In this document: piece by piece, positions 10,067-19,151 of the stretch
How positions within the stretch are numbered: position 1 is the first letter of the stretch
How the letters are laid out: every line of letters starts with the position of its first letter
NCBI GenBank assembly: GCA_026066175.1
Contig: GCA_026066175.1_4721.1
Length of the DNA stretch: 64,000 nucleotides
Strand: one strand, 5' to 3'
Source of the DNA: a phage
Position numbers and translations under genes: made by a program
Notes under the pieces: generated by a model
Told to the model about the DNA's origin: nothing
Databases searched by the model: none
The model's input: only the letters and a program-made list of their open reading frames with translations

Positions 10067-10277
10067 TGTGCTTATTCCTACCTACATTCCTCAACAATGT
10101 AACGATAACGAATACCGCTATCATCAAGAAGATGAACCATAACCCAACGTTGATTCGGGCTGCAGGTTCATCGACGAGAAAGAACATCCATCCGCAGAAC
10201 CCGATGACAATCCATACCAACACCATCCCGGTTAATCCACGTAACAGCAGATGTCCCATAATCCCTCCTGATTTCAT
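10050..10277 (-). CDS. Small membrane protein (holin-like by size and topology only)
   Basis: 75 aa with two hydrophobic stretches (VLVWIVIGFCGWMFFLV, LWFIFLMIAVFVIVTLL) and a basic C-terminus. Confidence 0.4.
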   Translation of the reverse strand: MKSGGIMGHLLLRGLTGMVLVWIVIGFCGWMFFLVDEPAARINVGLWFIFLMIAVFVIVTLLRNVGRNKHNAKSN

Positions 10278-10444
10278 TTATCCTGATACAACGATAACTC
10301 CAGTCGTAGAAATACCGCTAACGCAATAGACAGTAACGCTACGCGTACCCACATCCCACCTTGAACGCTGTTATACAGCATAAAGACCAGAGCGATGCCG
10401 CCCATATGCAGGCGGCACTTATCGAAAAGTGTTGGTTTATACAT
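10274..10444 (-). CDS. Small membrane protein (ORF absent from the supplied track)
   Basis: Hand translation: MYKPTLFDKCRLHMGGIALVFMLYNSVQGGMWVRVALLSIALAVFLRLELSLYQDK; stop overlaps the start of 10050-10277 (ATGA). Confidence 0.3.
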   Translation of the reverse strand: MYKPTLFDKCRLHMGGIALVFMLYNSVQGGMWVRVALLSIALAVFLRLELSLYQDK

Positions 10445-10664
10445 AGGAAATTAATCGTCGTGTGATTTTTACTTTACCTTTACCTGGGCCTTTCTTGCGA
10501 CGATTCAACAGACGGATGCGGTATCCGGTTACGGTATCCCCATCGTAATCAGCGCGTAACGATAACGAGAGAGCACGATGTTCCCGATCAACGCCCGGGT
10601 TGTTATAGAAACGATTGAAACTTAAAAGATGATTACTTGGAATCATTGTGTTATCCTTACTCAA
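10437..10664 (-). CDS. Small basic protein with KKGPGKGK motif
   Basis: C-terminus RLLNRRKKGPGKGKVKI resembles three small ORFs at 30600-31193. Confidence 0.35.
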   Translation of the reverse strand: MSKDNTMIPSNHLLSFNRFYNNPGVDREHRALSLSLRADYDGDTVTGYRIRLLNRRKKGPGKGKVKITRRLISYV

Positions 10665-11024
10665 TTATCGGCCCAGGTCGAGGTATTCAGCACCAACCAC
10701 GGTATTAGTGGTAGGATCAACCAATACGCGAACACGCGCGTAAGTACGATACCCTGGATTGAACACTTCGAAATCCGCAACACGCAGTTTCACTTTAGGG
10801 TCGGTTGGACTTTTCACACCTGGCAGTTCTTTCGGTTCACCGAAGTCTACGCCCATTTCTTCAAGGTCATTTGACGTAAACTCATTCATGGCCATATAGA
10901 CACGTGAGGCTGTATTGAATACATCACGGCTGTAGAGGAAATCGGTTTGGTTAGCATGTACAGAACCAATAAAACCACCGAACAGAATAGCAACAGCAAC
11001 AAACAGTTTTGTTAACGTTTTCAT
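10665..11024 (-). CDS. Secreted hypothetical protein
   Basis: Signal-peptide-like N-terminus MKTLTKLFVAVAILFGGFIGSVHA. Confidence 0.5.
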   Translation of the reverse strand: MKTLTKLFVAVAILFGGFIGSVHANQTDFLYSRDVFNTASRVYMAMNEFTSNDLEEMGVDFGEPKELPGVKSPTDPKVKLRVADFEVFNPGYRTYARVRVLVDPTTNTVVGAEYLDLGR

Positions 11025-11062
11025 GAGCGTTTCCTTAATAACTTAAATAGAACAATATCGTA

Positions 11063-11485
11063 TTAACGTACAGCTGCTACACCGCGTGAGCATGCCTGGA
11101 TACCATCGGTGTTCACGATGATGGTTTCGTTAAACGCGCGAATACGTGCACGACGGGCTTCTTTAAGGCTGGCGATAGCGCTAGCAACTTCGTTAACGTT
11201 AGCGAGACTTACGACCGGAATCAGACGAGCGTCAGGGCTGCAGATGTTCAAGCCTTGATAAATACGTCCGTTAATTCCTAAGGTATCAGACATCGGATAA
11301 TGCGCGCGGCATTGATTTTGGCCCATCACCACAAATGAACGATCGGAGAGACCAATTTGGTAACGACCGTCTTCACTGTAGGTGTAGCAATTGTGTCCAC
11401 GAAGCATCCAGTTTGCTTGTGCTTGAACGCTTACGAAAGCCAGAGATGCAACGATAGCCAGTACGATGTTTTTGATCAGTTTCAT
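11063..11485 (-). CDS. Secreted hypothetical protein
   Basis: Signal-peptide-like N-terminus MKLIKNIVLAIVASLAFVSVQA; AAGGAA upstream of the start. Confidence 0.5.
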   Translation of the reverse strand: MKLIKNIVLAIVASLAFVSVQAQANWMLRGHNCYTYSEDGRYQIGLSDRSFVVMGQNQCRAHYPMSDTLGINGRIYQGLNICSPDARLIPVVSLANVNEVASAIASLKEARRARIRAFNETIIVNTDGIQACSRGVAAVR

Positions 11486-11569
11486 GATAAGATTCCTTAT
11501 TAAAGATTAAAATGAATATTGAGAAATAAGAGATTGATAAGGCCCTCATCACGAGGGCCTCCGTAACCA

Positions 11570-11878
11570 TTAATTTGCCGAGAAGAAATGCATTATAGCA
11601 TCTACCGGCTGCGGGTTGCTTTCAAATTTGTCGTTAGTAAACACGACGCGCTGTCGTAGGACGTGTGCGGCTATGATATCGCTTTTATCTCCGGCAAGCG
11701 AAACGAAACTCATCGTCCCAGCAGGGATCGCGATTTCGAACGTTGATGTACGACCTTTAGCTTTCTTGATGCTCTGTAAGGTGCTGTTGAGCGTTTCCGT
11801 TTTCTGACCGATCAGAAGACCGGTAACAAAACGATTTTCGATTTTACCAGCAACGTTCATCTTGAATGAAGTTGACAT
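11570..11878 (-). CDS. Hypothetical protein
   Basis: 102-aa ORF followed by the stem-loop at 11541-11559. Confidence 0.45.
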   Translation of the reverse strand: MSTSFKMNVAGKIENRFVTGLLIGQKTETLNSTLQSIKKAKGRTSTFEIAIPAGTMSFVSLAGDKSDIIAAHVLRQRVVFTNDKFESNPQPVDAIMHFFSAN

Positions 11879-11928
11879 AATTACATCCTCTTAATACGGA
11901 TTGATTTTAGATTGATAACAACATAACA

Positions 11929-11947
11929 GCCCTCCGAAGTGGAGGGC
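11929..11947 (-). terminator. Stem-loop terminator
   Basis: GCCCTCC GAAGT GGAGGGC with a U-rich minus-strand tail. Confidence 0.45.
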
Positions 11948-11955
11948 CTGGTTAA

Positions 11956-12267
11956 TTACTTGTAGAAATGACGTAAAACCGTTGCGATAGGGAACAACCC
12001 TGTAACGGTGTTATCACCCGCGAACATCATGTTCGAACCGTTAACCGTGATGAAACGGATATCGGTTGCTGAACCATCGATGGCGACAAATCGCATCGAG
12101 TTAGGTGGAAGATCTTCAACAACATCCTCCAGGTATTCACGGTTTTCAAACGCTTCTTTAACACGACGCATGAAACGAATCAAGGTTCCTTCAGCATCAG
12201 CTTCCAAATGGCCTAAGGTTTCACGATTGTTACGAATAGCGAATACAGTCATCTTAAACATATTCAT
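11956..12267 (-). CDS. Hypothetical protein
   Basis: 103-aa ORF; preceded by promoter-like motif copy 1 and AAGAGGA. Confidence 0.5.
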   Translation of the reverse strand: MNMFKMTVFAIRNNRETLGHLEADAEGTLIRFMRRVKEAFENREYLEDVVEDLPPNSMRFVAIDGSATDIRFITVNGSNMMFAGDNTVTGLFPIATVLRHFYK

Positions 12268-12338
12268 CCTAGCATCCTCTTGTGTTGGATTGATTTCTAA
12301 ACATCTAGGTGAAGCATATTACTGCTTTGCTTCACCTT

Positions 12339-12370
12339 GGTAATATAGCCGTGAAAATTATTGTATTAGC
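12339..12370 (-). promoter_or_regulatory. Promoter-like motif, copy 1 (GCTAATACAATAATTTTCACGGCTATATTACC on the minus strand)
   Basis: Shares a near-identical core TTTCACGGCTATATTAC with the copy at 43614-43645; lies ~70 nt upstream of the minus-strand start at 12267. Confidence 0.45.
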
Positions 12371-12373
12371 TTA

Positions 12374-13327
12374 TCACGCCTTCGTTAAATAAGGTCGGAT
12401 CTCATTAATACGTTTAATCACAACGTCAGGGAAAAGTTTAATGATCTCATCTGGCGGTGCCTCGTCTTTCGTCCAACGATAACGTTCAACCTTTTCAATC
12501 CGTGGACTCCCTCCTACGTCAGCGATACGAAAGATGCTGGCAATACCCAAATCAAAACTTACACTGTAGATATCTTCTACGCCTCCTTTATCAGCAAGCA
12601 TTTTCGCAAAATGTTCGGTATCAGGAAGAATCGCCAAATTGCGTATACACCACACATTGTCACCCATCTCCTCAAGTTTCGGGTACGTCAACGTATGTCC
12701 GTGTTGCGTTAACCAGCGGTGGTTTTCAAGATAAAAGTCTTTATCTCCCGGACGATAACCCAATATCACTCTTGTATAGAAAAGATTAGGGGTATCCAGC
12801 AGTTCTCGAATTGTCGGTCCGGTGTGCTCCCAGAGACAAATCCGATTACGGTCTATGTCGTAATCGGCGTCATTGCTCACTTCCCAACTTATCGTAAGTT
12901 CGTCGATAACATTCCAGCCAAATACACAATCACAGCCGAGTAGGTTGACGATGGTTGAAATATCATGCTTGTCGAATATGCCAGGATTACGCGGAGGTTC
13001 CATTATGCGTAGCGGCTCCCACAGCTCGGCATAATCGTAAAGCAAATGACGACATAAGCTTTTTGTTAACGGCGTTTGTTCGCGGAACAGTGGAAGAATC
13101 ACTCTATCCAATAACGGACGCAGTGGGTGATTATCCGGTGGTAGCGGGGCAATTAACCGACCTCCCTCTTTAGAGCCGTCAAGACCGAACCCGTAACGCT
13201 CTGAAAGGAGCGCAATCAACACTTTTGCTATGCGATTACGTACTACGCGGTGGACATCATCGGTGTAGCCGAATGTCGGTTTATTACCGCAAACGAAGGT
13301 GAAGTATCTAGGCGTTAGCTTAACCAT
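12374..13327 (-). CDS. Hypothetical protein
   Basis: 317-aa ORF; no motif recognised. Confidence 0.5.
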   Translation of the reverse strand: MVKLTPRYFTFVCGNKPTFGYTDDVHRVVRNRIAKVLIALLSERYGFGLDGSKEGGRLIAPLPPDNHPLRPLLDRVILPLFREQTPLTKSLCRHLLYDYAELWEPLRIMEPPRNPGIFDKHDISTIVNLLGCDCVFGWNVIDELTISWEVSNDADYDIDRNRICLWEHTGPTIRELLDTPNLFYTRVILGYRPGDKDFYLENHRWLTQHGHTLTYPKLEEMGDNVWCIRNLAILPDTEHFAKMLADKGGVEDIYSVSFDLGIASIFRIADVGGSPRIEKVERYRWTKDEAPPDEIIKLFPDVVIKRINEIRPYLTKA

Positions 13328-13337
13328 CTTCTTTCCT

Positions 13338-13784
13338 TTAATCTAAATAGTAGATGATAGAAAGGTCTTTTCCATCAAATACGATATCCGTACAATCATG
13401 GAGCGTTGGCAAGACCATTTTTGCCGCGATTGGAACATACGCTTGTAATTCCATGAAGTTGTTCATACGGAACGCACGGCGTACCATCAACGGGGTTAAC
13501 GTAAAGGTTACGCTGACATTACCGTTTTGTGTTAAATGCATGATCGCATGACCGTGATCGCACCAGCAATGGTTCTCAATCCATCCAGTATAAACAAGAA
13601 CGTTTTTATTCTCGTCGTAATAAGCAATACCTGGTTGCTTTAGACGACTGGTGAATCGAGAAGCCTGCTCGTAGCCTGCGCGTAACATACGGGCGACCAA
13701 ACGGGTGTTGTTATCCATTCGGTTTTGTTCGTTGGTTTTCGTGGTGTTGAAAAGTTCGATACGTTCTGCTTTTGTAATTTGCAT
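13338..13784 (-). CDS. Hypothetical protein
   Basis: 148-aa ORF. Confidence 0.45.
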   Translation of the reverse strand: MQITKAERIELFNTTKTNEQNRMDNNTRLVARMLRAGYEQASRFTSRLKQPGIAYYDENKNVLVYTGWIENHCWCDHGHAIMHLTQNGNVSVTFTLTPLMVRRAFRMNNFMELQAYVPIAAKMVLPTLHDCTDIVFDGKDLSIIYYLD

Positions 13785-13786
13785 GA

Positions 13787-14203
13787 TTACTGTCCTAAGA
13801 AATTGCGGTTGAATAAAGGAATGCCTGAGCCACTAAAGATACGGGTGGTGGAATGTCCTTGATGTTCGGTTGATTCGTAATACTCGATAGGCCGTGATAC
13901 GGGTTTAGGGAGACGATCTAATGCTCGCAACACACCGAGCTTGATCAAATTGCTTTCGAACGGGTAGGGTTGTATCGTTAGCGAACAGAACACTCTCGTT
14001 CTATGCAGATGAATAAGCCGTTGTTGGAGCTTCGATAACCGTTTGTATTTAATCAGGAAACCGATAACATGGCTCTCTGGATGATCGTGGTGGTAGCGTG
14101 CGTTATCAAAGTAAGCGTGCTCTCCTCTTGCAATGAGATACTTTATTGCTTGCATGAATGAATAGCGCCGCAATTCACCGTCGGCTAACATCACACGAAT
14201 CAT
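13787..14203 (-). CDS. Hypothetical protein
   Basis: 138-aa ORF. Confidence 0.4.
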   Translation of the reverse strand: MIRVMLADGELRRYSFMQAIKYLIARGEHAYFDNARYHHDHPESHVIGFLIKYKRLSKLQQRLIHLHRTRVFCSLTIQPYPFESNLIKLGVLRALDRLPKPVSRPIEYYESTEHQGHSTTRIFSGSGIPLFNRNFLGQ

Positions 14204-14610
14204 GGCTTCGCATCCATGACAGGTCCGAACATCCAGAACGCAAGCTGCTGATACACTTGCTCAACGACAGCGGCTTCGGTTTGTTCGTTCATCACTCTCC
14301 CTTTTGTTTGTCTGATTCCAGGTGGTATATCGCCAGGATGGACATAACTTGTCGGAAATTGCCAGAGCAGACATTTACCTAACGTGGGTAAATAAACTTC
14401 GTCGAACTGGAAGGCTTTTGGATTCCAATGAAGCAACTGGTCCGATTCGACGTTCAGCGCTTTCTTACGTTTGCTTGGTGGGTTACCAAAATACTGAACG
14501 ATTTCCGACGCCAGAATCTGTTCAACAAAACGTTTTGCTTCTGCGTCATCGATGGGTGGTAAACGATGCGACAGATTCATCCTTCGCTGCTCTGTGTCGA
14601 TTCTCCGCAT
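14200..14610 (-). CDS. Hypothetical protein
   Basis: 136-aa ORF; ATGA overlap with the downstream gene. Confidence 0.4.
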   Translation of the reverse strand: MRRIDTEQRRMNLSHRLPPIDDAEAKRFVEQILASEIVQYFGNPPSKRKKALNVESDQLLHWNPKAFQFDEVYLPTLGKCLLWQFPTSYVHPGDIPPGIRQTKGRVMNEQTEAAVVEQVYQQLAFWMFGPVMDAKP

Positions 14611-14803
14611 GTTTTTTTACCAACTCACGAGCATCGAGCTTACCGTTGTGTCCAACCTGTCGATGTAATATCTGTCCCTGGAACAAAACGCAAAGTTCTT
14701 GAGGCGCGGTACTTTCCATACGTCCGTAAGCAACGATCACCGAGCGCCGACGGTCGATAACCTCGCGGATGAACCGCGGCTCAGTAATACTCACCACTAT
14801 CAT
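14546..14803 (-). CDS. Hypothetical small protein (uncertain)
   Basis: 85-aa ORF filling the gap 14611-14847, overlapping the neighbour in a different frame. Confidence 0.25.
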   Translation of the reverse strand: MIVVSITEPRFIREVIDRRRSVIVAYGRMESTAPQELCVLFQGQILHRQVGHNGKLDARELVKKHAENRHRAAKDESVASFTTHR

Positions 14804-14847
14804 TTAAAGCCCTCTTTATCTTTTTCCATTTCTCTTTACATAGCCAC

Positions 14848-15573
14848 TTAAGACGTTGCCATCTTATATTCCAGAGATTTCTTCGATAGACCATGAATAA
14901 TACCTTCTGGGGTTAACAGTAGACAATCTGGATTCTGTGTTTTGGAACGGTCGTCATGGCTGTTCAATGAAAACAGCAACGCAGAAATCCCCTTTGTTCT
15001 ATTTAACGTTGCAGCAATAACGTCGTATTGCCTTAACGCTTCTGACACGGTACGATGCGGAACCACACGCGACTGCTTAAAGCTGGCTAACCGCCACGTC
15101 TCGAACAGGCAACGCAGTTTAAACACATCCGTCGGAACAGCATTGGCCCCCTCTTCGATAACCTTAACACGATCAGCCTCAGGATATCCGACGGCAACAG
15201 CTCCAAAGTGACGCACGCCATCATGGAAAGCATCGACGGACGTTTCCGCATACTTACACACGGTACCAGAAACCACCATGACCTTCGCTAACCCACGGTA
15301 ATTGATGGTTAACGGAATACGGAATACACGGAACGCATGTTCTGGTGTTAATGCGGTATCATTGACCTTTGTTGCAGTCAGTTTACCGCGTTCATAACGC
15401 GCCTCGAACGTAAGCCCATCGTAAACAGGATTGATAACAACGCCCCCAGGGGAGGCGTTAGCGTTGAGATGGGTGTTAAGCCAATCCGATACTTCCTGTT
15501 TGGTGGTCACGATTAACATAAAACGGTCCTCCATTTCTGTTCCTTTATTGTTGAACGGTTTCTTCCAAACCAT
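14848..15573 (-). CDS. Hypothetical protein
   Basis: 241-aa ORF; the true start may be an internal Met. Confidence 0.45.
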   Translation of the reverse strand: MVWKKPFNNKGTEMEDRFMLIVTTKQEVSDWLNTHLNANASPGGVVINPVYDGLTFEARYERGKLTATKVNDTALTPEHAFRVFRIPLTINYRGLAKVMVVSGTVCKYAETSVDAFHDGVRHFGAVAVGYPEADRVKVIEEGANAVPTDVFKLRCLFETWRLASFKQSRVVPHRTVSEALRQYDVIAATLNRTKGISALLFSLNSHDDRSKTQNPDCLLLTPEGIIHGLSKKSLEYKMATS

Positions 15574-16195
15574 CTTTCTGTTTTGTTAATTCTGATTGCT
15601 TGCGATACACCGTCCACGAGTCGTATAACCCGGTAAACGTCAAATGACGGGCATTTAAGTTCACGGTGAATTCCGTCACGTTGACGAAATCCGAACGAAG
15701 CATCCGATGAAAGTTATCATCTCCGGTACAGCCTCCGTTTCCTTCGCCCTGATAAATCAGAAGCTGATGCGGTTGAATCCGCGTTGCAACCAATGTGGCT
15801 TGTGGTTCGTTGTAAGGCGGCCACGACAATAAAATGACATCGTATTGCGAAAGGTCGACGTTCGTGTAGTCAGCCTGCTGAATGTCCTCAATAAACGGAT
15901 GGGGATGTATTGTCGTATCGTAAGCGGTAACGTCCTCAACACCAAGTTTACGCAGTACGTGAGTCAGGTAACCTGTCCCACAACCCAGGTCAGCAACACG
16001 CCGTCCGTAACAGATGTTCGCTAACTGAAGCGCGGTTTCCATGGTTAACAGCGACCATCCAACGTGTTGGGTGTATTCTTCACGTGTGTCCCATTGTTGT
16101 TGAAATGACATCGGTTCGATGATACCGGCAAGCCGTGGATAGGGCAACGGCATCTTGTTTTCACCCTGAGTGAGTAACGCAATAACATCGTTCAT
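15545..16195 (-). CDS. SAM-dependent methyltransferase (class I)
   Basis: Motif I VADLGCGTGYLT; substrate not determinable from sequence. Confidence 0.6.
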   Translation of the reverse strand: MNDVIALLTQGENKMPLPYPRLAGIIEPMSFQQQWDTREEYTQHVGWSLLTMETALQLANICYGRRVADLGCGTGYLTHVLRKLGVEDVTAYDTTIHPHPFIEDIQQADYTNVDLSQYDVILLSWPPYNEPQATLVATRIQPHQLLIYQGEGNGGCTGDDNFHRMLRSDFVNVTEFTVNLNARHLTFTGLYDSWTVYRKQSELTKQKDGLEETVQQ

Positions 16196-16220
16196 TTCTT
16201 TTCCTTCTTATCGGCATAAA

Positions 16221-16239
16221 CCCTCCCATACCGGGAGGG
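16221..16239 (-). terminator. GC-rich stem-loop with TTTATGCC tail
   Basis: CCCTCCC / GGGAGGG; minus-strand tail TTTATGCCG. Confidence 0.5.
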
Positions 16240-16244
16240 TACAA

Positions 16245-16688
16245 TCATTCATTATCAATAACCCTGAGATTCGGTGCACCAAGTTCTCTTTTGGCTATCG
16301 CACTAAGTAACCGTTCTTCAACGAAACAGGTTTCTTTGCTGCCATCGATTGTACGCATATCACCTCGGAAATTGTTAAGAACCATGAACAGTTCGCAACC
16401 TTCGATCGGGATAGCGATATCGTAATTAACCTGGGATGCTGTGAAGCGAATACCTACCACGATACCAGGAACGTAGATGACGGGTGCGGTCGGTATCTGG
16501 GCGGCTTCATTATCTGGATCTGCCTCCATTATAAGCTCAACCCGGTCACCAATATGGAATTGCGAGTACCCGTTCACTTCGCGTAAATAAGCAGATTGCT
16601 GCATATTGACAAACTTCTCTTTGCTTGAGTCGCAAGGTAAATCCAGGACTTCTTCCAACGTTAAGAATTTGCGATCGAACCAACTCAT
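16245..16688 (-). CDS. Hypothetical protein
   Basis: 147-aa ORF. Confidence 0.45.
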   Translation of the reverse strand: MSWFDRKFLTLEEVLDLPCDSSKEKFVNMQQSAYLREVNGYSQFHIGDRVELIMEADPDNEAAQIPTAPVIYVPGIVVGIRFTASQVNYDIAIPIEGCELFMVLNNFRGDMRTIDGSKETCFVEERLLSAIAKRELGAPNLRVIDNE

Positions 16689-16689
16689 C

Positions 16690-17229
16690 TTAAGCTCCTT
16701 TATGTTTTGTTTTGATTGATGATGTTAACCAGGATGATCTTACCGTAAAGCCTTCGGATTCATAGAACGCTTGGGCTTCAGCGTTATCGGCACGAACATC
16801 CAAACCGATGGCGTGCCCACCGCAATGGTACGCGACGTTACGGGCTTCGTTCATCAAGGCATGACCAATTCCGCGTCCGCGATACTCTTGCTTTACGATA
16901 ATCGACGTCACGTCATGAATACCCATATGGCTCTCGGTGCTCACTTCCAGGAGTCCTACCGGTATTGAGGCAATAGCATCGATCATGACAATCAACATCG
17001 CGCCAGCTGGGAGACGGTCTTCCAATTCCAGGGAAGCGTACTCGTCTTTTAAACCAGGGATACGTTCTGGTAGGAAGGTATCTATCCAGGCTTCTGATTC
17101 CGCATCATCGAGAATGCGATACAGTTCACGAATCCGCTGTTTATGTGGATAGAGGTGTGGGTCAGCCGCCGTTGAAGCGATAATGCAATGAAACGGTCGT
17201 TCATTGATCACCAATGATTTAATACTCAC
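16690..17229 (-). CDS. GNAT-family N-acetyltransferase
   Basis: Acetyl-CoA-binding motif A: VKQEYRGRGIGHALMNEA. Confidence 0.6.
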   Translation of the reverse strand: MSIKSLVINERPFHCIIASTAADPHLYPHKQRIRELYRILDDAESEAWIDTFLPERIPGLKDEYASLELEDRLPAGAMLIVMIDAIASIPVGLLEVSTESHMGIHDVTSIIVKQEYRGRGIGHALMNEARNVAYHCGGHAIGLDVRADNAEAQAFYESEGFTVRSSWLTSSIKTKHKGA

Positions 17230-17735
17230 GCTAAGTTTTCCTCGTTTTCTAAGAGTCGATTACGATGACGTTTATACATTTGATGTAACGCTGTGATCTG
17301 ATAAAATTTCTTATAGCGTCTTTCAATCCGCTTCTGCACCTCTTTCCATGGGAGTTTATCGTATTGACGATAACGATGGATTTCATTTAACATGCGGAGT
17401 CGATCAGGGTCTGTGTTCTGTATCGTCCTGAGTTTGATACGCTGGTAACCGCGTTGTAACCCCGATTCAGAATACGTCACACCGAATTCATCTTGAATTA
17501 AGGTGATGATCTCCCGCCAACGTCGTTTCTCACCGTCGCGCAAATGCACGACCCGCGATAAAATATCGTTACGATTACGATGACTCAGCTTGATATTAAG
17601 CATTGAAGCGATCGCGCTTATCCCTCTCTGACTCCGTCCTAACGCTTCACCGATCTCCTTTGATGTCATGACGCCAGCGTTTCGGCGTATGAATGCGATT
17701 TCGGTTGTTGTATATTCACGGTTACCCACGATCAT
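17226..17735 (-). CDS. HTH/Myb-like DNA-binding protein, paralog 1 of 6
   Basis: YTTTEIAFIRRNAGVMTSKEIGEALGRSQRGI plus C-terminal W..I..I..EFG..Y shared with the five neighbours. Confidence 0.5.
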   Translation of the reverse strand: MIVGNREYTTTEIAFIRRNAGVMTSKEIGEALGRSQRGISAIASMLNIKLSHRNRNDILSRVVHLRDGEKRRWREIITLIQDEFGVTYSESGLQRGYQRIKLRTIQNTDPDRLRMLNEIHRYRQYDKLPWKEVQKRIERRYKKFYQITALHQMYKRHRNRLLENEENLA

Positions 17736-18190
17736 ATCACCTGATAATAATGAAGACGTTGACGTAACGTAATCGGTTTATATTGCTTTCCAAATTCCTT
17801 GTTAATAATAGAAACCGTTTCCTTCCACGTGGGTCCTTGTTCACGTAGTGTTTTCGCCCGCGTTAGCAGCCGCGTGCGTTCTGTGGTGTCATAGCGACGC
17901 AGTCCTAAACGTCTTGCTGTTGCCGCTACGCTGTCACGCGAACGGTTGAGTTGTAGAGCGATCTCTTTAAACGACAACGTTCTTATGTTTTCACTGATAA
18001 AAGCGATCTCATCTTTGGTGTACGGTTTGTTCGTACGAACGGAGGGGAATAACGCAAGTTTATTCTTTATAGCGCTTCTTGAACGATTTAGCTGTTTAGC
18101 GATTATCGCGGTTGATGGACGTGGTATCTGTTCAGCAAGACGCTCCAGGCGCTCAAACTCTTCTTTCGTCCAACGGCGCTTCTGTCCCAT
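17732..18190 (-). CDS. HTH/Myb-like DNA-binding protein, paralog 2 of 6
   Basis: WTKEEFERL...IAKQLNRSRSAI; YTKDEIAFI...KEIALQLNRSRDSV; WKETVSIINKEFGKQY. Confidence 0.5.
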   Translation of the reverse strand: MGQKRRWTKEEFERLERLAEQIPRPSTAIIAKQLNRSRSAIKNKLALFPSVRTNKPYTKDEIAFISENIRTLSFKEIALQLNRSRDSVAATARRLGLRRYDTTERTRLLTRAKTLREQGPTWKETVSIINKEFGKQYKPITLRQRLHYYQVI

Positions 18191-18662
18191 TGGCTACACT
18201 CTCCTTCTTCTTGTTAAGAAACCATCGTTGATAAACAGCATGCTTACTGTAATGTGTACCGAACACCGTGTTCACATGGTCCGCGATCACGCTCCAACGA
18301 TAGCCCTGACGGTGTTGTTCGTCAATGTAGTCCAACAATGTCTGACGGAACGTCTCTGATGTTCGATAGATTTTATTCCGCATAGCAAACAATCGAACGG
18401 TGTCGTACGGTCGATTAAGATCAATAGCGATTTCCTTTAACGTTTTGTGTTTGACGTTATCCCTTAAGTAGTTCAGCTCTCGAGTTGTAAACGGTATGCG
18501 TGTTTGTCGTCGCTGTAACGTCAATCGTCGGATACGGCTTTCGACACTATAGCGAGAGCGTTTTAAACGTTCCGCAATCTCTCTTATTGGCGTTGTGGTT
18601 TCTGTATACAGAAAAACTAACAACGTTATTTCATCGGGTTTCCAGGGCCTAATTTCCTTCAT
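18153..18662 (-). CDS. HTH/Myb-like DNA-binding protein, paralog 3 of 6
   Basis: WKPDEITLL...EIAERLKRSRYSV; FTTRELNYL...KEIAIDLNRPYDTV; WSVIADHVNTVFGTHY. Confidence 0.5.
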   Translation of the reverse strand: MKEIRPWKPDEITLLVFLYTETTTPIREIAERLKRSRYSVESRIRRLTLQRRQTRIPFTTRELNYLRDNVKHKTLKEIAIDLNRPYDTVRLFAMRNKIYRTSETFRQTLLDYIDEQHRQGYRWSVIADHVNTVFGTHYSKHAVYQRWFLNKKKESVANGTEAPLDERRV

Positions 18663-19107
18663 TGATTACTTCCCCTTCTTCCTTATTTCTCTTCTCGTGA
18701 TACCACCAACGCTGACGAACCGCTTGTTCACTCCAATCAGAGTTGAAATGTTCGTTCGCTGTGTTGGTAATTTGGTGCCAACTGTCGCCTTCTTTTAACC
18801 TTTTGTTCACAAAAGCTAAGAATGCATGCGTGTATTCTCCACAAGAGCGTCGTATGCCATGTCGGTACGCAATAGCTCTTAAACTGTTTGGATCGCGACC
18901 TAAATCTCTCGCAATCGCTTTATACGTTTTTCGAGCAATGTTTGCTCTGATATACGCTATTTCATGTGATTTGAAATATTGATACGCGCGCCGTCTTGGA
19001 ACACCCAGTCGATGTAGTCGTGCTTGAACGGCCCCGTACGTCGTCTCCATGATTTCCGCGATTTCATGAATCTTTAATCGCGGTTGCCGAAAATACAGTT
19101 TCAACAA
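18649..19107 (-). CDS. HTH/Myb-like DNA-binding protein, paralog 4 of 6
   Basis: IHEIAEIMETTYGAV; FKSHEIAYIRANIARKTYKAIARDLGRDPNSL; WHQITNTANEHF. Confidence 0.45.
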   Translation of the reverse strand: MLKLYFRQPRLKIHEIAEIMETTYGAVQARLHRLGVPRRRAYQYFKSHEIAYIRANIARKTYKAIARDLGRDPNSLRAIAYRHGIRRSCGEYTHAFLAFVNKRLKEGDSWHQITNTANEHFNSDWSEQAVRQRWWYHEKRNKEEGEVINEGN

Positions 19108-19151
19108 CTGCTTATCGGACTTATGATTCCATCGTCATATCGTTGGTCTCA

